Shown here: piece after piece, positions 25,720 through 36,878 of the stretch | Numbering within the stretch: the stretch's first letter is position 1 | Layout: each line of letters starts with the position of its first letter | Assembly (NCBI GenBank): GCA_030704615.1 | Contig: CM060731.1 | Span: 88,908,001-88,972,000, forward strand | Length of the DNA stretch: 64,000 nt | Origin: Takakia lepidozioides | Taxonomy: Eukaryota; Plantae; Bryophyta | Direction of reading: 5' to 3' | Position numbers and translations under genes: made by a program | The notes under the pieces: model-generated | Told to the model about the DNA's origin: nothing | Database searches by the model: none | Seen by the model: only the letters and a program-made list of their open reading frames with translations

Positions 25720-27372
25720 GATGAATTTCGGCGCCGAAATTCATCCTATTCAAGTACTTTCGTACACAAACTTACAAATTTCGGCGCCGCAATTCATCGC
25801 TTCCCAAGTCCTAATTCGTCATGAGCAAACCTGTCAGTGGGATATCGGAGCCGGAATTAAATCCGGAAACAGTGGAAACGGCTGCACTTGGGCACATTTC
25901 ATCCATATTTCGGCGCCGAAATTCATTACGAATATCTCCGTCCACGCGTAGACGAGGTGAAATCATCCATATTTCGGCGCCAAAATTCATTACGAATATC
26001 TCCGTCCACGCGTAGACGAGGTGAAATCATCCATATTTCGCGCCGAAATTCATCCAGAGCGAAGACTAAATCGGCACCATGCTATGCTTTGCCGCCATCA
26101 TTGCCCCTGACGGATGCTGTCCATGCCTGTTGGACTTGCCATTTCTGGACATTTAACTATAATTTCGGCGCCGAATTATCCTTTATGTGCGGCAACGTCC
26201 CGTGCGAAAAAGACCACTTAATGGATACTGTCGGTTTCAAATGGAAAAAAACGGCTAAAATACAATTAATTTGACAGAATGGGTTCAATATGCCGATTTC
26301 TCCATTAAATGCAGGAATATTCCTGTTATCTTCGTCGGAACGGGGTATTTCCAACGATTTACGGAAAATTATATCATCCAGAAGCAAATAGTAAGTGTCG
26401 GGTTTGGACGAATTTCGGCGCCGAAATTCATCCATTTCAAAGAAAAATAAATATTGGAGGGAGGGGCATTGGATGAATTTCGGCGCCGAAATCCGGCGCT
26501 CAAACCCTGAAAAATTTGGAGGGATGGAGTCGGTTGAATTTCGGCGCCGAAATTCATTGCTCGCGAAGAAAAATAAATAAATTCGGGAGGACTTCGGATG
26601 ATTTCGGCGCCGGAATTCATTGCTCGCGAAGAAAAAATAAAATCGGGGAGGACTTCGGATGAATTCGGCGCCGAAATTCATTGCTCCGAAGAAAAAAAAA
26701 AATTCGGGAGGACTTCGGATGAATTTCGGCGCCGAAATTCATTGCTGGCGAAGAAAAAAAAAATTCGGGAGGACTTCGGATGAATTTCGGCGCCGAAATT
26801 CATTGCTCGCGGAGAAAAAAATAAATTCGGGAGGACTTCGGATGAATTTCGGCGCCGAAATTCATTGCTCGCGAAGAAAAAGGAAAATTAGAAGGGAGGA
26901 CTTGGATGAGATTCGGCGCCGAAGTTCATCTGTCGCAAAGAAAAAAAAAAAAAAAAAAAAAAAAAGAGACTTCAGATGAATTTCGGCACCGAAATCCATC
27001 CGCAGGGCAGCAGAATTAGGGTCGGAAAAGGAGATGAAGAATGAATTTCGGCGCCGAAATACATCCATTCTGCCGATTCAGGATTACTGTCATTCGGATG
27101 TCGGCACCGATATCCGGACACGTGGTGAATCACGACTGTAATCAGGAACACATTCATCTGTATTTTGGCATCCAAATTCAACCCTCATGTGCAGAAACAA
27201 TTTGATGAAGAAGATGTTCATCCGAATTTCGGCACCGAAATCCATCCGTTGGATGCTTGGTCAGTTTCATGAGGTGAACAAATTACTATTTCTGTCGCCG
27301 GAATTCATCCCCTGGCTTCCAAAGTTGTTACATGACAGAGATGTTCATCCAGATTTCGGTGCCGAAATTCAT
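25720..27372. repeat. Array of palindromic GAATTTCGGCGCCGAAATTC motifs; ~62-bp tandem period at 26530-26930
   Basis: More than 20 visible full or variant copies; related half-sites at 22920-23200 and 29520-29990. Confidence 0.95.
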
Positions 27373-27747
27373 GGGAAGGCCTGATTTATTGTAGCCCAAG
27401 TGGTTGTACATTACAATTCAGGCACCAAATATCCGATGTGAACTTGCTGTTGTCGTCCGTTTTTGTAACGTACGTTACATACCTTCATCTTTACGTGCAC
27501 TGATCACCCATCCTGTTGGATACGGAATCCTCCAGAAAATCATTTGTGTTATTAGGTAGGACACACTCTTCTCACTGCAGGACTTCGCTGCGGAGCGTAC
27601 CGAGAGGTCCCGTCTTCAACATGGACTCCCGTGTTTGGGTAAACGTGTACTTCCATCCTGATTCTCTGAAAGCTAAAATACGTTCCACGAAATCCAATTC
27701 CCAGTCGTCATCCTCCTCCCACAAGAAGCTCTTCGCCCCGCATACCG

Positions 27748-28167
27748 GTGGGTGACCCCGCAGCTTGGCCCACCCATCGGTGGGGGAAACTGAAAAGACG
27801 GCGGCCACCAACAAAGGCGAACGACACCAGGATGGCCAACGCTCTTGCAATGCCTTGCATAGTGCAAGGTTGCAGGGATGTTCCTCACCCCGGGATGGGG
27901 CGCATATTTCAGTTGTCAACAGCCGGGTCTGCTGCGCGCAGTGTCGTGTATACAATCACGGTTTCACAGTACCCAGCTTGCAACTGTGAGGACTTCCTTG
28001 TTATGGAATCGAAGAATGCAGCATACGTCCCCTGCAAACACCTTTATTACATTTTTCTGAAGCGCATGAGTTGCATATCCGCAGTGGACGTCTTCATCCA
28101 TGCTCCAACACTGAGTTTCAACGAGCTGCACAAGGCCCTACGGCAGGACACTAGTCGGACTGCTTGA
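27748..28167 (+). CDS. SWIM zinc-finger protein (probably a terminal exon) within the MULE
   Basis: YTITVSQYPACNCEDF...YVPCKHLYYIF = CxC...CxH SWIM motif. Confidence 0.75.
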   Translation: MGDPAAWPTHRWGKLKRRRPPTKANDTRMANALAMPCIVQGCRDVPHPGMGRIFQLSTAGSAARSVVYTITVSQYPACNCEDFLVMESKNAAYVPCKHLYYIFLKRMSCISAVDVFIHAPTLSFNELHKALRQDTSRTA

Positions 28168-31100
28168 CATTCCACATTCGGGAAGGAGAAAGTGGCAATT
28201 ATATTACATTCATCTTCTTGCACCCTATTTTTTTTGGAGGAATTATACACTTGGTGGTGCCGCATCGCCATGGCTACATGTGAATTTTGGTGCCGCAATA
28301 CATGAGAATGTGGTTTTTGGCCATGAATGGCATGCGCATGCTTTTTTTATTTTGGTTGTCTACAAATGGATCCGAGTAAAGCATACATTGTGTGGAGATT
28401 AACGGGCATTGAGGCCTATTTCAGCGCCGTTTATGGTCTATGTACTGCATAGTGCTTCCTTGTTACTGCTCTTCATTCAATTTGTAGTGATTTCGCAGCC
28501 CATCCTGGCGTTTTCGTCCACCTCTATGAGAAGACTCCAATTTGCTACAAATACATTGTTACTGTTCTGCAAATGTGATGTCTTTACAAGATTGCTAGTT
28601 CTGTGTCCCAGTGGGAAGGGTCCTACTGCACATTCCAGCATTTGCATACTGCACTTTGTGCAAACAGCAATCCATACGACAAAGGACACGTCCCAGCATA
28701 CTGGCAGTGAATTGCAAAAAACCTTAACAGAAGATTATCCAAGCATGTATATTCCCCATATGGCACAGGGAAGCTGCTTGATTTCTGAATGAAAATGTAT
28801 GTGCCATGAGTGTCGGCGAGTCGAAACATGTCTACTCTAGCATGCAAGACCTATGGTCCCCTCGCCCAAGAAGAAGGAACTCTAACTGGCCTCTCAAGGA
28901 CCTCCTGAGTGACCGGGTGCCTATATTTGAACAAAATGTCAGTGGTTTCTGTCGCCCGGTTGAAACTAACGAGGATGTCGTGTTTATCGATAGCGCCCCC
29001 TTGGTAGAAGGACATTTTCACAGTGGGCCCTGTGTTCCCCTCCTCCTCATCCTCATAACTGAAGAGAATGTCCCACTTTCCGAGCCAGTCCGTCCACGCG
29101 TAAAGTTTTCACCTATGCACTCATCATACGTCCACTCGCAACAATTCCAGCGATACAGCAACGCTGTGCGTGATCTGTTCGGCTCCCACTCATGCGGAAA
29201 GTCCAGGTCCATGATGCGTAGGAACCACCTGCTCCCCAACCGGGGTCCAGGAGAATCGTGCAATCCTGGAAGAAACTCCATTGCTCTCAGCTGGACAAGT
29301 CGAGGATCGTCCCTATAAACATCCAGGAAAACAATGATGTCGTCTGCTTTCGGGAAAATGACTCCCGTCTAGCGTCGATAGATGTGATTCGGGCACGACA
29401 TGGCCTCACGACATAGCACGAACTCAAAGCAGGGAGGAGATGGGCACAACAGAGAAGAGTGAAGAGCAAAATGAGAGCAAGGCCTCCCTTACCGTAAGGC
29501 GGGTATTTGCTCTCCGGAGCCCAATTTTGGCGCCGTTATTGGATGGAGTGCGGAAGCTTCAGCTGAGAATTTTGTTTCCGCAGGTCAATTTCGGCGCCGT
29601 TATTGGTTGCAATCCCTAGCCTTCAGCCGGGTATTTGGTTTTCGGACCCAATTTCGGCGTCGTTATCGGCTGCACTCCGGTGGCTTCAACCGAGTATTTG
29701 ATTTTCGGGGCCCATTTCGGCGCCGTTATCGCCTGCACTCCGGAGGATGCAGCCGGGTATTTGGTTGGCGGAGCCCAATTACTTTCACCGTTGTTGGCTT
29801 CACTCCCGAGCCTTCAGCCGGCTATTTCTTTTCCTGTGCCCAATTACGGCGCCGTTATACCCAACCATCATGCACTTCTGCAACAGTACTATCCACGGTT
29901 ATAGGTCGCCATTGCGTTTTCGGAGTCTGCAAACCCGGATCCTAATTCCGCTTGCGTCTCTGCCTCTGGGATAATTTCGGTGCCGTTATTGCCCAGAATT
30001 CAGTTTTTCTATGACCTGGCCTAGCGGTCCATGAGCCTGGGCTCCAAGTCATGAGCGTACACTGGTACTCATGAGCGGAGTGCTTCCAGCATGAGCGCGG
30101 AAATCTTCGATTTTTGATTATTTTATAGTTTTGGGCCCGAAAAAAATCTGCCGAAATTCGAAGTGTGTTACTTTGCGACTCATGGGTGAGCCATGCCCGC
30201 TCATGAGCTCATGAGCTCACCGCTCATGAGCTCATGGAATAGCAACCCCCCAACTACAGTGGAGTACAACTGCCGGCACCTTCGAGCTTCACTGCACCGC
30301 GGCCACCTCTTTATCCAACATCTCCAGGTACACCTAATACCCTGAAAGGGAAAGGCATTCTGAAATAGACCGAGGATGCATTTGCTCCGCATCATCCTGT
30401 GGGGTGGGAGACAGCAGTCCAGCCCCAACAGAGTGAAGGTGGTAACATGCATGGTACTGCTGAAACTTTGCAGGATTCCAGCCTTAGTCCTGGGGGGACA
30501 TCAGGTGTGACTCCTATAGAACGCAAAAATGCTTTAAGGAGGGAAAGAAGGGCACTTGCAAAAGATCTGAGAGACCAGGCTGCTCAGAATGTGGCTGTAG
30601 GGAAGAGGAAATTTTTCATTTCTTGTGATGAACTTGGAAACCCTGAAGGTCCTGCTCGGAACCAGTGGATGACAGCTCTGCGAGGGCAGTGTCAACGTTT
30701 GTTGGACTGGTCATTGTATGCTCAGGATCAACCATTACACTTAATTGAAAAGATCATGGAGATCCTGGCTTCAGATTGGGAATACGGACCTCCTGGTCTT
30801 AACATAAAGGCTATTACAAAAACAATTTGCGGGCAGCTCAAGTACCAACGAAATAAGCTGTTCAAAAATTACTATAGTGTGGGGCTGCCCAAACCCCATC
30901 ATGTGCCAGACAAGACATGGGCACAACTAGTTGTTAGTTGGGGTTCCACTGATTTCAAGAAATTTCAGGCAAATGGTGTCAAGGCGCGCGGATGTGTGAA
31001 GAATACATCTCGATCAGGTCGCAGTGGAATCAGCGGTGTTGTAGCACGACTGGTATACTTCTCTTACAACATAGGAAGTTCCCACATTGTTTTGCATTGA

Positions 31101-33848
31101 CAAACTTTATGTGTTGGGTTTTTTTGGCTAGAGCTCAGAGTCTATTCCTATCACCATTGAATTAGTACACATTGCTACTACTTGGGGGCCTTCTCAGAGT
31201 TGGGCGCCAGCAAGAAACTAAGCACTCTTATTGAGGGGGAGTCATTGACGCTATCCTAGATAATTCTTTACTGTTGGCAGTGTGCTATGCTAGTCATTAA
31301 CACTTGCAAGTTTGTTGCAATCACAGGAGAAGGAGACTGGACGTACACCAAGTTTGCAGGAGATCGCCGGTAGCGCCAGGAGTGACAAAGGCTACGGCTC
31401 GGGGTGTACAGGCAGTGCAGCCACAACGGTATATAAACTCAGTACCAATTCTGGTGTGAATTACATATTCGTGATTTCCATGCCATTGCTAGTTGCCGTT
31501 TGGTTCTGTTTTCTTACTAGTTCATCAGTCAGTGTAGTGAATTGTTACTTTGGAGGTGTTCTATGTGATGGGGCAGGGAATTGGTTCACTAGCAGCTCGC
31601 CTCGATGCTATGGAAAACAAACAAGTGCAGATGGAAGCCAGCTCCAAGGCAGCTTTGGAAGCAGTCCAAGGCCAACTGGAGGCAGCAGCTGCATTCAACA
31701 TTGCGCTCGCAGCTAAACTTGGCATGAATGTGCCAGATTCGGAACCTACAGGTCCACCATGCACCACCTTTGCACCACACACAACAAATGAGACTATTTC
31801 TCATGTTATGGGCTCACCACTCAACCTGTTCAAGGCAGTTTCTTCACCGCCACCAAAGCCAAACACAATAGGCTCATTGTTTGGGCTTTCAGAAATGGAG
31901 GGGGATGATGACATGGAGGGTTGGTCTGAAGGTGAACTCAATCCATCCCCCCATATTGTTGAGGCAACTGCAAAGTGTTCATCCGTTTTGTTGTCCCCTA
32001 CACCAGTAGCACTTCCGGCATATGTACTACCCTCTCAATATGCCTATGAGGTCTCCATGAATTTGCAGAGTGCCCCACAGAAAGGTGTGTCTTTTGTACA
32101 TGATAATCATGTACAAGTTGTTGGTAATTGCCCTTCGGCAACTGAGAGGCAGAAACACATCCTTATACTTGACTTGAATGGATTGTTATGTGAGAGCAGA
32201 CTACGAACAAGGGAACACCTAGAGCCCACTGTCACCTCCAGACCTGGGTGTCAGGAGTTTCTGGACCGATGCCTTCAGATTTTTGATGTAGGTGTATGGT
32301 CTTCCATGTCATTGAGTAATGTCCTTCCAGTTGTGAAAGCATTGTTTCCTGGGAAGCAACCAAAGATGGTGCTTCACCAAGACTATTGTGACCAACCTGT
32401 GGGAATGGTGGACCCTCTCAATCCTTCTAAAACTGTCATGTACAAGAACTTATGTAAGTTTTGGAAGGACTACAGCCATTACAATCCAACCAATACTTTG
32501 CTGGTGGACGATTCCCCACTCACTTGCTTACCCAACCCTGCAAATAATTGCATCTTCCCGTATCCATGGAAGTTGAGGGATCAGCCAAACTGCAAGAGGC
32601 TTATGAAAGAATTACTGCCTTGGTTAGAGGGTGTATCCAAGGCTGCACACATCCCTGAGTATGTGTTAGGGCACCCATACAGATATGGGCAGCCCAACTA
32701 CTTGTTCAATACTGCAGCCATGGGTAGTGGATCACAACAATCTGCAAAGGCATCCGAACCAGGGCTTCCTGCTGCCAGAGTTCCAACGACTTTGCCTCCC
32801 GATGCAACAACAAAGCATAATCAAAGAAAGGTGAGAGCAAAAGATTCAATGCGTGGGTGCGTGGGTGGATTTGTATTGTTAATGCTACTTCACAATGTGT
32901 GTCATTCGTGCTATTCTCATTTTTTGATCATGTGTCATTCAATATGCAGATGGTGAAACCAGTGAAGCGTTCAATGGGCAGGGAAAGCACAATATGTGCT
33001 ATCAATCAGACTACAACCACAGTGGATGTAACTGAACCATGGGGTGACCAACAAAATCCGCACAGTGTAAGTACTTCCTTTGTCCTCTTTTGTTTCCTTG
33101 TCTGATGCTGGATCAATATACCCCCTATGTATCGCTGTGTAGCTGCAGGATTGACAACCTACAAAGGTAGTTTTGTGACATCATCCTACCACATCCATGT
33201 TGACCATGCAGAACCTGCTATCAACTAGGTATGACACTGTTCCACCTTTGATCATGTCAGCATGGAGTATAGAGACAGGCAAATGCAATTCAGAATTGGA
33301 AGTACTGCAATAGGTAGGCTTGGGGTGTTTGCTGGAAGAACGAGGATGCATTTTGCAGGAGTGCCAAGCTGTCAGTCTCTGTTCTCCAGGGTTCATTTCT
33401 GATATAGGAATCTGGTTTTTGTTGCAGTTTCAGATCGGCGACAAGGTGTTATTGTTTGATCCTTGTGCACCAAAAAGAAGGGCAGGTGTGGGATATATTG
33501 CTGGATTTCCGAAAGCAAATGTGCCAGACAACTATTACCGTATCCATGTGAAATCGGTCATGATTTCAGAGGTTGTGTTGCCGTACCCGGACTACTCTGT
33601 TACCCCTAATCATACCACATTGGGTGACACGCAGGGAAGTGCCACCTTATGGTCTGAAAAGTTTATTAAACACGCGTGATATTGAAGATGCTACAAGTTT
33701 AGTTTAGTTTTCTTTATGGATTGAAGGTTGCTGAGACAGGTGAACAAAACAGCTCTTCTCACATGAACAGTATTTTTTGAATTGATGCTCTTGCTATTCT
33801 CATGTATGATCACAAGATCCCCTTGTTCAAAGGCAACTTCATTTTCCC

Positions 33849-34194
33849 TGTCAAGTTAAATAAGCACAGTGTGAAAACAGCTAGAATAAAACTAGTTATT
33901 TGTATTTAACACTTGGATTTAGGTCAAGTGTTAAATCAGGTGTCAAGTTTAGTTTGACACCTGGTCCGTCTTATCTTCACGAGAGCGGCAGTCGCGCGGC
34001 TCATCTCTCTCGAGTTGAGCCTGCGCGACCGAGCTCCTGCATGTGTTTAGGTTTGAGTGTGCTTATGTAGGGGTACAGGTTGTTGTGGGGTGGAGTCCCC
34101 ATAGCTTGGGGTGCCCCTGGCTCGACTTCTGTTTCAATGAGTGATAGCGATGGATTTTATATTTCTTGTGTTGGGAGTGTGTCCTTTTTTTAGC
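33849..34194 (+). repeat. Repeat A1 (346 bp)
   Basis: Matches 43464-43811 except for one substitution and a 2-bp indel. Confidence 0.95.
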
Positions 34195-34399
34195 TTGTTT
34201 ATCACTCGAGAGAGATGAGGCTTGCATCTGTGAGTGCCAGAGGTGAGTTTAGTTTTAAGCACTTGTGGTTTTTGTTTTAGAAGTGAGAGAAGAAAATTAT
34301 GGTAGATTATGTTTGTGACAAGGCTGGTGGAGCAGCAGGATGATGCGCAAATGTAAGGAAGACTGTATGCAGCATGCATGCAAGAGTGTGGTTGTGACA

Positions 34400-35569
34400 A
34401 GGGAACAAACGCTTGCGGTTGAATAGTTGTTGCAAGTTGGGCACTCGGTGCGTCGCTATAACTGCAACTGTACAGGAGCACCGCGAGAGGCAGATTGCTC
34501 TACAGCCTTTGCTGTACTTGGTCAGTCCAATGGTGACAAATCCAGACCTTGTTAAAGCAACATAGACAGAGAAGCAATTTATAGAAAGAAGGTGAGGAGC
34601 AGTGAAGAGTGTACGGGAAAGGGAGCCCTGGCAGCCATGGCATAGCATCGTGCTCCGCACCACGGGTTATCTCGAAAGAATCGATGAAGAGTAACGATGC
34701 GAAAAGCCCGCTTACAATGTTGAAAATATTCAACACAACATGCGGATTATCTACCTGAGTGCTTCTGAAGCTGCATGGATTAAGCTTCTTCAACACAGCC
34801 AATGGAGTGTTCATTATATGACAATTATGACCAAGGAAGTGAGGAAATGCCTCATCTGCTCAGCTCAAGCTTCCCCGCTCTACAAGCTCCACGCTCAAGC
34901 TCTTGCTCCACGCTATAGCAGACATGGTGAAATGGAAGGGATGCACTCGGCTTTGTGGTATCTGAAGCCAAGAGACAGGGAAAACGATTGATACTCACCT
35001 TCACCAATAATTATTCTATCTTCGGTGGAAGACGCAATATGTGCAATGGGCGAGCCAGTATGCTGGTATTCATCTGAATTCAGAGGATGGCGGCGTATGT
35101 GAAGAACTGGGATTCTAATCATGTGTTGGAGCTGCAGGGAGGTAGCGTGGTGGCGTAGGGTCGCAAGCACGGGGTCGGGGACATTGGCTGGTAGGACAGC
35201 AACGGCAGTGGTAGCGCCGGCCGGGTAGAAGGCTGAACTGAAATGCTTGGTGTCAGTTGGAACAACCTTTCCCTCCAGCAAGTCCACCCAACATAGCTCA
35301 AAGACAAAGGAGACCTGTGACCGAGACATGGAGTGAGTGGTTATCCAACCTTGAAGTTTGTGGCCAGTCTGAATGCTGTTGCTGCCCAACTTGGCCAGAC
35401 ACTCGGTACACGAGCTTGCAAAGCTGCAGGGAACATTGCAGACAAGTCCAACGGGGATGTTGCGGTGGATCAGTATACCGCTAGCGGGTATGCTTCTACT
35501 TTGAACATGATCGCTACCTGAATTGAGATAGTGCCTTGCCCTATCGGAGTATGCAGACCTATGCTCCAA
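34400..35569 (-). other. Possible spliced antisense cargo gene in the retroelement leader, product unknown
   Basis: 218-aa minus ORF with acceptor tcacag| near 35315 and donor AG|GTGAGT near 34998; further open blocks at 34400-34750. Confidence 0.4.
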
Positions 35570-36878
35570 GCTTCAACTAAATGACGAAGCTGATATGGTT
35601 ACTCTCTACTCTGTGGATAGTCCAACACAGTTGCCTTTGTCAATAAGCTCCTTCACCACTTCCACATTTGACACTAGGTCCGAAGATTGTCTGAAGAGAG
35701 AGCAAGTGCAGATGGCAGCTGCCCACCAGGTTCTGACAAAGTATCATCAGGGCTTGTCCCTGCATTAGGGATGGCTCGAGTGCTTGCATCACGGGAAACA
35801 GATGCCTGACGCTGCACAGGCCATCACCATCGCCATAGCCATACACCCGAGCTCGAGAGCCGTCGCTGGAGCAAAGCAGCTCACTAAGCGAGCAAGTCTG
35901 TGGTGCACCTGTAACCACAAATGAAACCTGGGAACGGTTCTTAATGGCGGGAACGTTTTGGTGTTAAAAAAAAAAAACAAAAAACTTTGATATAATTTAA
36001 ATGATTTAGAGCCTGGTTGGTCATAACTTTGTCAAATGGACTCCGTTTGACTCAGTTTTTGGGTGGATAGCTGCAGAAAGGGGAAATCTGCATATCTGCA
36101 TATCCGCAACCGTCTCAAAGCTTTCGAGTTGAGAGACTATTAGACCCTACCTTTGTTTTCTCTAGTGTTCAGTGAGCGGGAGATAGGGGAGTATTGCTTT
36201 GTCTCTACTTGGCAGAAAGAGGAGGAGGGTTGGTTAGAGCGAGCTACTGTAGCTTGGGACAAGGTTGGTGGCAGGTTTCAAGACATAGATATACCTCCTA
36301 CACCTTACCATCATGCAGAGAGAGGCACTTTGAGAGAAGTCTGGCAGTTGATAGCATAGATCAGGATTAGATCTTGCTTGGGCGGGCTTCTATTCTTCCC
36401 CTCCATTTCTGTACTATTTTCATTACCTTGTACTTGTAGTTGCCAAAGCCTCTCTTGGTGGAGGCCAGTCAGTCCGGGGTTTTGGGCTGGGATATTCTGC
36501 AGGATCAGCATTGCAGCTGGATTTTGGTGTGGGGGTGTTGATGTTTTGATTTCCTGTGTTTGGATCCCCCCCAACACCTGCATGCTTGACTGTGCGCCAT
36601 GTTGGTTTTGTGTGGGCGCTTGCTTTCATAGGGATTAGGCCGGATTTGATCACCGGTCAATCCTAGAGTATGCTGTCGGTGGTGAGGCTGGAGTGATGAC
36701 CAGTAAGACCACCAGTGTTTCTTCTATGGTGAGGCTGGGTTGATGACCAGCCAACCATAGGAGTTCTTGCGGTGGATGCAGGTGCAGGTGCCCTGAGCCA
36801 TTGGGATATGACCCTTAAACTGCAACAGGTGCCCACCCGTGTCACTATTAGATTAGTACTAGAGCCTTATAGTGTCAC

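Larger units (their letters stand above)
22744..30250. mobile_element. Mutator-like element (MULE), 7.5 kb
   Basis: 9-bp TSD CAACTACAG (22735-22743 and 30251-30259); imperfect TIRs GAGGTTTACTATTTCATGAG / CTCATGGAATAGCAACCCCC followed by catgagc repeats; SWIM-finger ORF inside. Confidence 0.85.
22300..33679 (+). pseudogene. CACTA TnpA-like gene: Pro/Tyr-rich N-terminus, Transposase_24-like region, FCP1/NIF-type HAD phosphatase domain, Tnp1/En-Spm-like C-terminus; split by a MULE insertion
   Basis: Frame is restored across the MULE TSD (PSGSNY|SGVQLPAP); PHHVPDKTWAQLVVSWGS..N..AR..SGRSG (30399-31100); ILDLNGLL..RPGCQEFL..VGVWSS..NTLLVDDSP (32150-32690); VPDNYYRIHVKSV..LPYP..TLGD..W (33430-33679). 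Confidence 0.75.

Noticed and set aside
26400-27070. CRISPR-like array (palindromic repeat at regular spacing)
   Set aside because: Spacers are near-identical to each other, there are no cas genes, and the context is a eukaryotic transposon.
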